Numbered from the whole stretch's first letter, positions 21,258 to 34,300 are shown. The stretch is DNA of 63,702 bases, filler included, from Licmophora abbreviata (GCA_900291995.1; 8 parts of 8 records of this genome joined end to end with filler, not necessarily neighbours in it), one strand, 5' to 3'. The notes: generated by a model from the sequence alone, not told the origin. Program-made: numbers and translations.

Positions 21258-24197
21258 TCAGAGCTTTTCCCATTTCCGAGCGGATTTCGGGCGCGCCAAC
21301 TTGATGGCACCCTCTACTTTATCAATGGAGCGGACGGACACCTCGATCTTCTGTCCGACCTTCAGATAGTCGCTGACGACACCAAAGTTTCCACCAGGAT
21401 GAAAGTTTCTGTCGTCCGACAGCTCGCTGACATGAAGGAGACCTTCCTTGTTCCGAAGGAGCTCCACGATGGCTCCGAAATCTTTTATTTCGATGACAGT
21501 TCCTTCGTAGGTTTGGCCTTCCTCCAAATCAGCCACCAGATCTTGGACAGCAGCTTTCGCTTTCGTAACCATCTCTCGATCTTCTCCGACCAATAAGGCC
21601 GCGCCTTCCTGTGATAAATCCAGTGACACTGCGAATCGCTCCTCCAACTGTCTGAGAACCGCTCCTCCAGGTCCAATGAGGTCTCGTTTCCTCAGGGGAT
21701 CGAATCGAATGATTTCAACTCGTGGAGCCGACTCCTTCAAGGTCTCTCTAGGTCTGAGGCCTGAAATGATGCCATGGCTGCTGCGGCGTCCAAGATCGCT
21801 CATTTCGCCAATTATTGCTTTCCTCCCTTCTCTGGCCAGGTAGAGAGCGTCCGCTAGGATGTCCATACGCAACGGGCTCTTTACATCTAACTGCAATGCC
21901 GTGACTCCCGTCGCCGTACCGCCAACCTTAAAATCCATTGCCCCGTAATGATCCTCGGTTCCAGTTATATCCAGAAGTAGACCGTAAGAAGGATCAGTTT
22001 CATGTCCATTGGCAGATTCCTGTAGGGCCAAGCCCACGCTAACACCGGCCACTGGACTCGATATAGGAACACCAGCGTCGAGCAGTCCGAGAGTACCGCC
22101 ACAGACTGTTGCCATGCTAGACGAGCCATTTGACCCCGTGACTTCGCTTGTGACACGAATGGAGTATGGAAACTCATCGGGAGGAGGAATAACGGGACGA
22201 AGCGCCTTCTCAGCAAGAGCCCCGTGACCAATCGCTCTCCGGTTTGCAGGGCCGCCTCGCTTCACCTCGCCAGTGCTGTACGACGGAAAATCATAGTGAA
22301 GAAAGAAACGTTGTACTTCATCCATAGTCCCTGATTCACCCGTCGGCTCCTTGTCTGCCTTCACCTTTCGGGAGTTGAGGTCAGACACCAATGCTTCTTG
22401 GCTTCGCAAGAATCTCAAACTGCCTACAGGCAAATGATCGTATGGACCCGGGGGCGCGTCCGATTGGGCATCCGTGCCGGCAGTTCGAGGATCTGAGGTT
22501 TCGCCGTATGGATTTCGCAATGGCAGACCATCGCGTGGAGCTCCCAGAGTAGTTGTACATAATACTTGCGTCTCGCCTCGCGAAAAGACGGAAGATCCAT
22601 GCACGACATCTGGTAGCGCCGGTACCGTACACGATATAGGGCGGATCGTGTGGCACCCGTTGACGCCCAGTCGACCGTCGCCTCGTGTCCCGTGCTCTTT
22701 GGCAGTCTCAAACAGTGCCGATTGTGATAATTTCTTGTGAATGGCTCTTGCCAAAAGAGTGAGGATTTCACTCTCTTCAACCACTAAGTTTTTAAAGGCC
22801 GCGGGTTCAATTTCTGGTACGAACTTTTCCTTCAACAGACGAAGTATTTCCGTGTACAGCAAATGTTCTCGGCGGCCTCGAGTCGACTTTGGCAGTAGTG
22901 GGCTGTCTGCTGGATGAACAGAGGCTGTGGAGGCCTTGGTATTACCTTCCTTGTCGGGGTTGTACCCAAACAATCGAAGCGATGCCTCATTTAGCTGTGC
23001 ATGGCAATACTCATACGCTTCTTTTACCAACGAAAGAACGCTCTCGTCATGATTCACTGGCGCTGCACTTCCCTCTTCGTCATTCGATTCCAAAGGCGGT
23101 AATCCGAGTGATTCTCGCAATGAAGCTTCGGATATCTCTTCCTCTTTCTCGACAGTCTTGTCCACTAGTTCGTCTTGGACGTCGAGTAGGGGTTGAATGG
23201 CTGCATGAGCCATGCGCATCAAGTCCACCAGGGATTCTTCGGCAATACCGTTCGGTTCCGAGGGACTGCATGCTTCCATCATGACGGTATGAGTTCGTGT
23301 CCCCGCATAGAGGAGCTCCGCCGAGGCTTCTTTGACCTGTGCTGGAGTGGGATCCACAACGAGACTTCCATTCGGCATGCCGGCTATGTGAACGCAGGCG
23401 ACGGGTTCTTGCAAATATCCAGCCTTAAATAAGGCAGCAGATGCAGAGTTCAATGCTAATGCGGTGGGATGTGCACTTGCGCCGTGGTGAAAAACGTGAT
23501 GCGACTGAACACTGCAGTGAACATGAAGATCGTCGAGAGCCCTACTTTTGGGGGCTAGCAGAGGTCGCAGAGCACGATCAATTGCTCGGCTGGCAAGGAC
23601 TTCCTCGTCAGTCGGTCGTCCATTATCTCGTCGTCTGGCAGAAAACACAGGGATACGACCAACGCCATGGTACCGTTCTTCGTATGACACCATGAGAGGA
23701 GCAAAGCTGGACTGAGTGCGCAAGTAAGCATGCAGCGCATCGGAAAACTCCGCGGTTGAAGTGCCATCGTCTGGCTGGGAGGACGAGTCCACGGCGACAG
23801 TACTTAAGACGACTGTCGTTCCCGCCTTTCCAATAACAGACGATTCGGTCAGGTTGGCAAGAGTCCCGGTGCCAAGACGAGTTGAGGGCCCATTGGTGAT
23901 TTCGGACCATTGAATTAGTTTGCTATTCGCGTCGGGCGATTCATGTTTCAAGGGCAGGACATGCTGAGGAGCGGAGGCAGGAAGATGGTCGTGCGCCGGC
24001 TGCGTATTCTCCCTAGCTGGTAAGATTGAGTTCTCACTCGCCTCGACATCATCCGAGTCTGGCAACGAGGCAAAGTAGCGACATGTGATGCCCTGAAACC
24101 TGTTTGTTCGACGGAATCCAGGGGAGCTGATGCGAACGGGCAAACTCGCTGTTCTGAATCGACCGAGCTTTCGTCTCAAAAGTGCGATGCGCGACAT
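21258..24197 (-). CDS. pnp: Polyribonucleotide nucleotidyltransferase (PNPase), probably mitochondrial
   Basis: SRAIDRALRPL, HGSSVFSRGETQ, RRAIGHGALAE, SNGSSSM, EDHYGAMDFKVGG, KH (LIGPGG) and S1 (GLLHVSEL); Arg-rich N-terminus from ATG 24197. Confidence 0.95.
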   Translation of the reverse strand: MSRIALLRRKLGRFRTASLPVRISSPGFRRTNRFQGITCRYFASLPDSDDVEASENSILPARENTQPAHDHLPASAPQHVLPLKHESPDANSKLIQWSEITNGPSTRLGTGTLANLTESSVIGKAGTTVVLSTVAVDSSSQPDDGTSTAEFSDALHAYLRTQSSFAPLMVSYEERYHGVGRIPVFSARRRDNGRPTDEEVLASRAIDRALRPLLAPKSRALDDLHVHCSVQSHHVFHHGASAHPTALALNSASAALFKAGYLQEPVACVHIAGMPNGSLVVDPTPAQVKEASAELLYAGTRTHTVMMEACSPSEPNGIAEESLVDLMRMAHAAIQPLLDVQDELVDKTVEKEEEISEASLRESLGLPPLESNDEEGSAAPVNHDESVLSLVKEAYEYCHAQLNEASLRLFGYNPDKEGNTKASTASVHPADSPLLPKSTRGRREHLLYTEILRLLKEKFVPEIEPAAFKNLVVEESEILTLLARAIHKKLSQSALFETAKEHGTRGDGRLGVNGCHTIRPISCTVPALPDVVHGSSVFSRGETQVLCTTTLGAPRDGLPLRNPYGETSDPRTAGTDAQSDAPPGPYDHLPVGSLRFLRSQEALVSDLNSRKVKADKEPTGESGTMDEVQRFFLHYDFPSYSTGEVKRGGPANRRAIGHGALAEKALRPVIPPPDEFPYSIRVTSEVTGSNGSSSMATVCGGTLGLLDAGVPISSPVAGVSVGLALQESANGHETDPSYGLLLDITGTEDHYGAMDFKVGGTATGVTALQLDVKSPLRMDILADALYLAREGRKAIIGEMSDLGRRSSHGIISGLRPRETLKESAPRVEIIRFDPLRKRDLIGPGGAVLRQLEERFAVSLDLSQEGAALLVGEDREMVTKAKAAVQDLVADLEEGQTYEGTVIEIKDFGAIVELLRNKEGLLHVSELSDDRNFHPGGNFGVVSDYLKVGQKIEVSVRSIDKVEGAIKLARPKSARKWEKL

Positions 24198-24547
24198 TCT
24201 GTACCGTCGTTCTTCGGAAAAGGACACGATGTACAGAAGATGCACCCTCTCAATTGTTTCCTCCTCATGTGGCAGAGCAAGAGGCAATGGATCAGACACA
24301 ACGAAGGTGCGAAATTGTGGCGCCCCGACGACCACACAAAAATTGGAGGCAAGTGACTACTTCGACTCAAGTATGCGTTGTCGGTGTTCGATCTTCCGTC
24401 GCTTGTCGCCTTTTCGCGTCCCATTTCACCTAGTCATAGATACCGGTTTCAGAGAGACAGGCCTTTGCATGGCTTGAAGTCATCGTTGGCAAAAGGATCC
24501 AGCTCCAATCGTTTTACTTTCCCTTGCATGCTTCCGCCAATCGCGCA

Positions 24548-24898
24548 ATGCACCCTCCATTATCAAGACCCCACCCGGATTGCCAGAAAGAGATTGAAGC
24601 TCTGCGCGAATGCCATGACTCACACTCAAAGTTCCAGTTCTGGGCCTGCAACGAAGTCAAGGTGAACATGGATAAGTGTTTCAGGCGCGAAAAGGCAAGA
24701 CTACTCAAGGATCTCAATAAAGATGTCGAGGAAACGAGAGCAAGAGAGGAAGGGGCCATGAAGTCTGCGTTGGGGCGGAAAGAGACATTTGAAGAATTCC
24801 TTGCGCGCGATGAGGAGTATCAAACAGCCATGAAGCAAGCAGGGGCTCGAGAAAAGGATGAATACCAATCTACTTCTGCGGGAGGGCACACCATGTAG
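24548..24898 (+). CDS. CMC2: Twin CX9C cytochrome oxidase assembly protein (Cmc1/Cmc2 family)
   Basis: MHPPL..HPDCQKEIEALRECH..FWACNEVKVNMDKCFRREK: two CX9C motifs. Confidence 0.85.
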   Translation: MHPPLSRPHPDCQKEIEALRECHDSHSKFQFWACNEVKVNMDKCFRREKARLLKDLNKDVEETRAREEGAMKSALGRKETFEEFLARDEEYQTAMKQAGAREKDEYQSTSAGGHTM

Positions 24899-25065
24899 AG
24901 TTCCAGGTACCGGTACGGCTGAGAGGATGATTACAATTCATTGGGGTTTATCACTACCTGGTGCTAGTTAGAGAAAACCTCTACACTCTACTACTCGGAG
25001 TAGTAGGCTACTATCCAGCTCTTATCGTTCCTCCTCGTTCTCTCATTTCAACATTCATCGTTCAC

Positions 25066-26222
25066 TTATTTCACTTCCTTCATATACGAAATGACTCTCG
25101 TCTTCAAGGGACTCCACTTGAATCGCTTGTAATAACCCGACATGATCAGAGCGAACACGATGGTGGCCATGTACAGACCCCCCTCCTTCTTACGCGAATC
25201 CGCCTCTGGCTCAGACGCAAAATTGAGAAACTGCACCACGTCCTTCGCCTGCTGCGAAATGGTTGCGAGAGTTCCATCCTCGTATTCCACTCCGTCATCA
25301 TTCAACGGGGGCGGCATGGCAATGGCTCCACCCGGAAAGTACGGATTGTAGTACAATCCTGGCATCATGGGCTTGCCAGCAGGAGAGTCGCAGTAGCCAG
25401 TCAACAAGTGAAACAAGTAGTCTTGTCCTGCGTGTCGTGCCTTCACCATTAAGCTCAAGTCCGGCGGCAAGGCGCCCCCGTTGGCCGCACGGCCCTGTTC
25501 GTCATTCTGATAGGGGCTCGGAAGAGGATCGGTCAGTTTGCCGGGTCGCTCAAACATCTCGCCCTCATCGTTGGGTCCGTCCACAAAGTCCACCTCTGAT
25601 GCCATCTCGACGAGTTCTGCGGTCGTGTGTGTCACCCCGACAAGTTCACGGTAATGAATGCGATTGAGGGAATGGCNNNNNNNNNNNNNNNNNNNNNNNN
25701 NNNNNNNNNNNNNNNNNNNNTTAATTAATTAANNNNNNNNNNNNNNNNNNNNNNNNNNNNNNNNNNNNNNNNNNNNGTAGACTTGGAAGCCGCGACGCAA
25801 CGAGGCACAGTCATAGGACGAAAAGAAGCCCAAGTGTTCCCAGGGGAGAGTGGCAGGATGCACCACATCTTCCGAAAGGAAGGTTACTGCGGCGGTAGAG
25901 GCAGCAACAGTGGCGGCGGCCGCCGCCACAGCGCCATGGCGGTGCTGGTTCAACTGCAACAAGGGAAGTAAAGGCTTGTGAGTTCAAGATTCCTTCAACA
26001 TGAATTTTGGGCGAGCGACAAACTAGCAAATCAGAAATACATGGAATCTCCAGGATCAGCAGGGTTGACGCACACAGGCGAAGCAGCGGCGAAGACGATG
26101 GAGACATTCTGGCAACCGCTGAGCAATTAATTCTTCTCAGAACACTTCCCCATGCATAAATCACACTAACGAGTCCATAAAGGATAGAAAAAACTCACTA
26201 CTAGGCGCAGTCTGCTCGCCAT
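25066..26222 (-). CDS. CYC1: Mitochondrial cytochrome c1; interrupted by a scaffold gap
   Basis: SLRRGFQVY before the gap, HSLNRIHYRELVG after it (most of CxxCH falls in the gap), ANGGALPPDLS, YNPYFPGGAIAMPPPL, C-terminal anchor; probable micro-exon 1 MASRLRLV at 26222-26199 followed by GTGAGT. Confidence 0.96.
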
Positions 26223-26841
26223 GGTCAAGTCTGATAGAACTCCTTTCGCGAGAATGGATCGGCGGGTTTCTAGATCTTTCTTGGTAGAACACTCTACGTA
26301 GAATCTACGTAGCGTTCGCCGATGCTTTGAAGTTCCGGATTCCGTCTGACGAATGCGCCTTCGGTCTGTCGATCTGTCGACCGGTCCCACAAGGACAACA
26401 GCTAGCGCCCGACCAGTTCCCATCGGTAACGTTAGACAAGAGCTATAGTGCGCTAGGAACGAGACCAATTCGTTGCCCTAGTTCCTTCTCTCTAATTAAG
26501 AGGAACTGCAGTACTCAAGAGAGATTACGGACGATCAACGACTGATTGGATATTCAACGATTACCACTAGGTTTAGCTAGAGACAGCAGCTTGCTCTTGC
26601 TCTCCTCTCTCTCGCCGGAGAGGAGAGTACCGGTAGTAAAAGCTGGCTATGGTACTCGAGCAATCTGCAATAGTACAGTGGAACTTACAGAAATCTAGCT
26701 GATCTGCTCCCTCATCGGTGACTCTTCTCTCGTGCAAACAGCTGCAGGATGAGAAGCTTCCATCGGTTGCGGCCATTTCAGCACAAATCCAAAGAAATAC
26801 TGTTGCCATAGCCTCAAATCCCACGCGTCGGCTATGACGTT

Positions 26842-27357
26842 TCAGCACCATGTCAGACTATCTGCTGCTTTCTTGACGTCTGGACTTTCACTAATTGATA
26901 CACTTGGAGCTGTCCAGTTGAGTGCCAACCCTTCCTCTCCCAAAAAGTAAGTAGGATCATCCTGCAATGCCTGCGCCACCGCGAGCGGGATTTGTTGCGT
27001 ATCAGTCTGCCTACTCCACAAACTAGAAATCCGTTTCGATTCTCTTTTTGACTTTCTGCCTGGTGAGCCATGGGACTCCTTACCATCCCATTGACGTAAA
27101 ATCCAAGACGCGTTACTTCCCAATGATTTTTCTTTCTTTTCCTTTTTGCGAGCATCAGATTCACGTCTTCGGCGGCGATTTCGGCGCTCTTGGGCGTTTG
27201 GTTTACGATGACTCGCCCCAGCCAAAATGGGAGAAGCATGGTAGGACTGTTGCTGTAGGAAAGCGAGTGGGGTTGCTGTCTCTAGAGATTCCGCAAAAGG
27301 ACGGAAGGCGCCATGTATCTGGAACAGCCGAGATGGCAGAAAGAGTTGCGCTCTCAT
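26842..27357 (-). CDS. Hypothetical basic protein with mitochondrial-type N-terminus
   Basis: ATG ORF MRAQLFLPSRLF..QSYHASPIL then Arg/Lys-rich tract; 3' end uncertain. Confidence 0.5.
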   Translation of the reverse strand: MRAQLFLPSRLFQIHGAFRPFAESLETATPLAFLQQQSYHASPILAGASHRKPNAQERRNRRRRRESDARKKEKKEKSLGSNASWILRQWDGKESHGSPGRKSKRESKRISSLWSRQTDTQQIPLAVAQALQDDPTYFLGEEGLALNWTAPSVSISESPDVKKAADSLTWC

Positions 27358-27910
27358 TATTTCGATTTAATTCCGAACAGCCCCTGGAGCCCTGGGTTGT
27401 GGTAAAGATCAGTTGGCGTAAGACGGTCGGTTAACAGACAATCGACAGTATAGTCTTCAGGGAGGTGGTCAGATACCGTTCATCGGCATCAAGTCAGTCA
27501 GAGTGTTGCGGTTTGTGGTTCGCGCAGACGGCGCCGTCCATCACACTCTGAGAAACCCGACTCCTTCGACTAAGGCCATGGTAGTCGTCACACATCTCGA
27601 GAACTGAGCTGCTGAAACGATGTCTTCTGCTTTAGTCTCTACACCTGGTAGCCAGATTCGTAGTTCTCGAGTAATAGATATCGCAAACCATTTCGCTCTT
27701 TGATCAATCAATAGATTATTCTAAGGGTGTGTATGCATGCGCTCGTCGCGACTTTCAGTCCGATGCTGCTGTCATTCCGGGTTCTTGCCTGTCGCCATAG
27801 TAGAGACATTCGTCACAATCAACTAAAGAGTGTTTGCAAAAGCATTGCCTGCAATGAATGACAAACGAAAAGAAGGACGACGATGAGTGTACGGCGGAGC
27901 TATCATACTC

Positions 27911-28878
27911 TTACTGCTGGACAATACCAACCAGCCGATGGAACTTACGCATGCCACGAACAAAGAGAGATAAGCTGTCCGCCTCGTTGAGTTCATCCGC
28001 CAATTTGACAAGGACAGTTTGAGGAAGACTCGGGTCACAGTCTAGAACTTCGTACATTTCCTCAGAGTTGACATTTAGAACGAAAGAAAACCGCCGCTGG
28101 GGCTCACCGGCATCCAAGTTTGTGAATGCAAATCTGTGGAGCGAAGTCACAGTCAGTATGATAAAACGACTAGATATGAGTGCAGTCGTTCCTCAGAGCG
28201 ACTTACCGCAGACTGTTGTCTTCTGCCTTTTCAAAATCAAGTCCCAAACAGTTGTAGTTGACCACGCCTCGAGTCAAGTCATCAATGGTTGTTGTTTTGG
28301 CTTCTTCGACTTTCTGCTTCATCTCCAGGATCTCTTGAGCCCGAGCTTGATGCTTCTTTTCCTCCTTTTCAAGTTCTGGCGGGAGCAAATAGAGAGAGAA
28401 CAGTGTAAGATGACCTCATAGAATCTAAAACTGCGAAGACTTCCACTGGAATGTCTTTCGTACCCTGGGATTGCTTCTCCCGTTCGACTTGCTTGTCTTG
28501 AAGCTTGTCAATTTCCTGCTTGAGACCCTGTTCCTTTTGCGTGAGTTCTTGACGACGCTTGGCCAGACCGCCGCCTTCATCTTTGTTTTGTTCCTTGTGT
28601 TCTGCGTGTACAGTGTTGAGTCCCCGTTCGGACTGAACGTTCAAAAGACTGGAGACTTGCTCGTCAATGGCCTTCTGTTCGTGTCGAAGACGAGTCTCGT
28701 AGGCAATCGCGGCAGCGTCGGCCGCCTCCATTTGCGTCTCGACGTACGCATCGACTTGAGCACGAGTCGTACGAAGCGTCGAGAGGAACGACGAAGTGAA
28801 GCCTGGCTGGTGAGAGTCGAGCATAGAGGAAGACATGGTGGAGACGGCGGCAGAGGACTCGAGCAAGGATGCCATCAT
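27911..28878 (-). CDS. SPC25: Kinetochore protein Spc25 (Ndc80 complex); 3 exons
   Basis: Long coiled coil then LGLDFEK..LRFAFTNLD..RRFSFVL..YEVLDCDPSL..DELN..LSLFVRGMR RWD domain; introns ~28383-28463 and ~28135-28206. Confidence 0.85.
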
Positions 28879-29187
28879 GGTGGAACCAACGAGAAACTGG
28901 CGCATCACAACGGCACGCTCGAGTTTGAATTCCACGTAGAATCGTACGTGGAGACTCAGTAGTGACGGTCCAAACGGTAGAATTCCTGATTCCGTCGCGC
29001 CATTCTCACTTCTCACACAACGCGAGACGCACGCCGCGCGGAGTTTTCTCACGACGCGACCATGGGAACATGATGAGGTCATGGATGAGGTGAATGGGGC
29101 GCCTTGAGCCTGTCTTGTGGCGCTTTCATCGTCGTCGTCATCGAGCTATTGGATAGTCGAGAGCACTGAATTTTGAACTCTGGAACA

Positions 29188-31374
29188 ATGATGAAAGACG
29201 ACGACGATGACAGAATCATGACATCCTCGGTGCAGATCGCTCAGCATCTCGAGAACAGACAAAACCACATCACTCTACGTCCGATCTTCTTGTCGTGCAT
29301 CGGATGGACGTTCCTCGTGGCATTCTGGTCTTATTACACCACTTTTCCTGGACTCATTTCCTCGTCTGGCATCGAGCCAGCCACGCGACTGCTGCCTCAT
29401 GTGGCTCCTTCGCTTCACCGGAACCTCCTACAGACGGGTCGCATCGATGCCGATTCCTTCTGCGAGCTGGGTGCCTTTGTGGGAATGATCCTGGCATGCA
29501 TTCTTGCCAGCGGGTGGGTCCAGCATGGAGTGCTCGTGCTTGTCCTGACGAGTATCTATAGTCTCTTGACGAGAGCCGGTGGCGTTTTTTATAGCTTTCA
29601 GTGGGACACGCTGCTATTGGAAACGGGAGCTGTCGTTGCGCTGTGCTATGCTCCGTGGACGCGCTTGCGACCATCGTTGGATGGACCGAGTCATGCAGGC
29701 ATCTGGCCTCTTCGTTTTCTACTTTTTAAGCTCATGTTCATGAGTGGCGTCGTCAAGATTCAAGCGGACTGTCCAACATGGGTCAACTTGACTGCCTTGG
29801 AGTATCACTTTGCGACTCAGTGTCTGCCTGGTCCTCTCGCATGGTACGCTCATCAGCTCCATCCCTTCTTCCTGAGACTCTCGGTCGCAGCTACGCTGTG
29901 GATCGAAATTCCATTGGCCTTCTTGCTTTTGGTACCATCGACTTTTATTCGAAGAACTGCGGCTTGTTGGCAGATTGTTCTGCAAGTCAGTATCATGCTC
30001 ACGGGAAATTACAATTTCTTCAATTTACTCACCGTCGCGCTCTGCTTGCCCTGTATGCAACGTGACGACGAACTGCTCTTTGCGTGGAGTCAATACCTTA
30101 CAACGAGTCAACTCGACAATTTTCAAAAGACGGCTTTTTTGGTCTTCTCGGCCTGCTCTATGCAGCGGATGTTTGACATTCGAATGGTGCCTCCCGCCGA
30201 GACGTGGTGGAAGGATCTTCACATATCACTTTTGTTGACAAAGAGGGATTGCGAGGCGCTGTCAGAGTGGACCATTCCAGTCATGGTGGTAATGTCCATG
30301 GCACTTGTTGTCTGGACCTACGCGTCTAGGCTTTCGAGGTCCAGTGGCACGCAGAAGGCACTATCGTTTGTTCATGTGATTGTCTGCATCCTCGTCATTG
30401 GGGTAATGGCTATTCCAATGTGCTCCATGACGCCGGTTCTCGGACAAAATGGGTTTTGGGGATCTACTAGACTCTTTACTCCGCTATGGATGCACTTTGC
30501 CCGTCCCTATCGGCTGGCAAATGGGTATGGACTATTTCGGAGAATGACTGGGGTGGGAAGTGCGCCACGAGGGATCGAGGGTTGGGCCGGACAGCCGCCA
30601 TCGGTAGTGGAGCGACCAGAAATTATTCTGGAGGGAGTCTTTGAAGGGAGTGGCGGTGTTGCAGAAGAGGAAAATTGGCTTGAATTGACCTTCCGATGGA
30701 AACCGGGCGACACTAGAACAATGCCTCGGCAAGTAGCTCCTCATCAGCCACGGTAAGATCTCCTACTACTTTGCAGCGTGTTCATGTTTCGAGCACCTTG
30801 TCTCCTCAACGACTCACCCTGTACGGTCATCATTGACAGATTGGATTGGCAAATGTGGTTCGCAGCCTTGGGCAGTGCGCAGCAGAATTTGTGGTTCATC
30901 AATCTTGTTAGGAAACTTCTTGACGGTTGTGAGCCAGTGAACAACTTGCTGGAAGACGACCAGCTGATGGGCACACGTAAGCTAAAGAAGCTGCGAGCCA
31001 AGCTCTATCACTATGACTTCACTCGGATCGACTCTGAATGGAATCGGGGAGTTCCTGGGGCTCAAATTACAAACATCACAACTTCTTTAGGCACTTGGCT
31101 CACTCCAGATCAATATTGGACCCGCAAGTTTGCAAGACACTATCTTGGCACGATAGAAGCGAAGGACACAAACTTGGCGCAGCATTTGGCAAACTACGGC
31201 TGCGAGAGTACCTGTACGAAAGTGGAGGAGCGATGCCGTGCGACTCCAAACGTTTGGTGCGATTTTTCTACTCTAATCCGGATGAGCAATCTGCACCTTT
31301 TTCCCGTTGCACTTTTGCTAGCTTCCATGTTGGCCCGTCTTTTTATAAAGCGGCGGATGGATGAAACGCTGTGA
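29188..31374 (+). CDS. LMF: Lipase maturation factor family membrane protein; 2 exons
   Basis: FYSFQWDTLLLETG, KLMFMSGVVK, LEYHFATQCLP, TGNYNFFNLL, NGYGLFRRMT, KPGD..APHQPR|LDWQMWFAAL; intron ~30752-30839. Confidence 0.93.
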
Positions 31375-31399
31375 AGAATTCTAGTTATTTTTAAAGGTC

Positions 31400-34300
31400 T
31401 CATCCGTTCATCATGTTCATTTTCTCGCATTCGACGGCAATGAGCCTTGAGTTGAGGCGATCGTTCTGGTCTCTAAGGTCCTCGTTGTCCATGAGAAGAG
31501 TTTCGAGTTTCTTGCTGAGCTGCATAATCAATTTCGAATCATTCGCCTGGACGCGGTCCTTCTCAGCTGATTCCTCCACAATGTGCTCAAGCTTCCCGCG
31601 GAGACCGAGCAGTTCGTCCTCCTTCTCCTTCAGATCTTCACCTCCTTGAAGCAAAAGGAGGAGAAGGCGATCGTACGCTTCCCGCTCTCTGTTAATGGCA
31701 TTGTGAACTTCAGCAAGCGGAACGAGAACGTCTTCTTCTTCGGTATCCGACTCGTAGGAGTGGAGCGCGGAAATGACCACTCCTTCATTAATCTGCATGT
31801 CTGCCAGGATTCCTCGAAGGCCATTCATCATGTCGTTTCGCGCGGACCTCGACTTGAATTTGAAAATGTATGATCGATGAGATGCGACAGGAGAGGGGGT
31901 AGCCTTGATCGTGAGGAACAAGCTGCTCTGATTGTTTTCACCTTTCTTGCCCTTGCTCCTTCCTGTCGATGGCAGCTGTGACGTATCAATCCCGGAGCAT
32001 CCCGCTTTCACTTCGAGGATGTCATATAGAGAAAGCGGGTCGAGGGCTGCCTTGTCACGATGACGTCCGATCGCCTTGCTAAGGTATCCTCCACGAGAGC
32101 TAAAGGCCAGCACTGCTTGCACGTACTTGTCGCTCCGTCGGTGCAGCTTGACGGTGACTGGACTCGATTTCATGGCAAACTCGTCTTTTTCTTCCGTGCC
32201 AAGCTCTGCACTCCGGTTCAGCTGCCACATGGTCACGTCTACCCCTTCTTCGAGGAAAGAGTTAAAGTTCTTCAACTTCACTTCGAAGCGATGGACTTCA
32301 TCTCTCAGAGCCTCCTCGCGATCCTTCCTATTTGTAACTTCGACCTTCCAGCCAACAGAAACAACAGATTCTTCTGTTTTCTCTTCGTGCTGTCCCGCCG
32401 CAAAACCACGTCGGATCATGGGGAGATACTCGCTGGGGGACTTCAGGAGGAACGGTCTGTTTTGCTGCTTGTCAAGTTTCTTTTCTTCTTCTGCAAAAAT
32501 TCTGTTGTCCTTAGCCTCATCTATGCCAAGCTTGTTGAGGGCCGTCACGACTTCCCTGGTCACAGATTCCTCCTTTATCTTCTTTAGGTCCTCTTCCTCC
32601 GCGTGCTTCGCCTCCATGTCCTCTTCGGTACCAGTGACTTCAGGCGCAACATCCTGTGATGACGGTTGTCTACAATGGACACAACACGACGCCAGATCGC
32701 AAAGCAAAGCTTGTAAGTCTAATTATCCGGTCGAAAATGGAAAAAGTCGGCATCATGTCGAAAGCTTGGTGTCTGGTGTCTAAACGAAAAAATCACCACG
32801 GGCTTGTCCGCAACCAGGGAGCGTATCATCCAGAAAATCACATGATTCCCACGCGGTGCTGTCTTCCCGCAACTCAGCAAAGGTCTCCAGCACAAGCACA
32901 GTCATGCGAGCAGTAGATCGACGTCGAAGCAAAAACATGAAACAGAAAACGATGATCGCCAAAGGAGCGAAAATCAAACAGATCTCCCTGAAGAAGTATT
33001 GCATAGTCAGAGAAAATTTTGAGCACTGTTTCCTCGGAAATTAAGACCGGGCCATTTCGACAGACTGACTGCTCGCAACGATTTACAACTTCTACCTCGC
33101 TATCAACGAAGCGAATGCGGAAAACGGTTTTCCGGAAACAGCCAATACAAAAAATAGAAACGAGAACCACGCTGAAACATGACGTACCTGGGATCGCCCT
33201 CGCTTTCTGTTTCTTCGCCCTCATCTCCCTCGGGAATAACTCCGCTATCACTGGACTTAGCGCGCTTGAGCGTGTCTGGTAGAAGGGCATCCACATCTGC
33301 ATCATCCAGTTGCACACCGCTGAAAGAAGCCCGAAGCTTGATAATCTCTCCATCAGCCTCAAGGCGATGTTTCCGTTCCGCTGCGAGCTCCTCTTCGAGT
33401 CGTTTGACCTTCTGCTTGTGAGCCTCAAGCACCTCCGGGCTAGCGTAGTCCTCCGCCACAGTACGCATTTGGACTCCGTTCGAGGTCACGCTCTCGCCGT
33501 CAGATGACGTCCGGTGCCTGTGTAGTTGCTGTGGGGAAGGAGGAGTGGGGTGGCGTCTATGAGCCTTTGCCTGCCCCAGATGGTGGACATGCTGCTTCTC
33601 AGCTGCCGCTTGCTCCTTCTGCTTCGCAAAGTCTTCCTCGAGCTTCCGAACAAGAGCCTTCTCGCGTCCCAGCTGTTCTTCCAGCTCGGCAACACGCTTC
33701 TCCAATCTGCGGATTTCAGCCTGCTTGGCTTCCATTTCTTTCTCGTTCGCGAGATTCGAAGCGTCGTTCTGAGCCTGAGCTGCAAGCATGGCTTTCAGAC
33801 TAGCCATTTCGGATTTCAGCTTTTCGTTGTTCTGCTTCAACTTTCCAACGTCTTTTTGCTCTCGCTTCAGTTCAGCAAGAACGCTGCACGCCACCCGCAC
33901 ACGAAGAGTACACTGGAGAGCAACCGTTGCCGACTTGAGCTTTCCATAGATCGTGCGTTGCTTTCGCATTCGGATGAATTTCTGGATTTTGATGGCCGCC
34001 AAGAGTCGACGGGTCGTATGGCCGCGGTACAACGCCTGGTACTGGACGGTCCCTTTCTTGCCTCGCACGTAGGTTCGACGGGCGATCTGCATCCTGAAGG
34101 TGTTCGTGAGAAGCTGTCCAGCCATGGCCTTGCGCAATTTCCACCAACTGCACGCGTCGATTGGAGTAACAAGTAAGACAACTGTTGCGTTTGCGAAATA
34201 ATTGGGAATTACCTGAAGTGATAGAAACGTACCTTTCTCGGCCCTTGCACCCGCGATAGAATCTCTGGGCAATGAGTGCGGCGTTGCAAAGCACGAGAAA

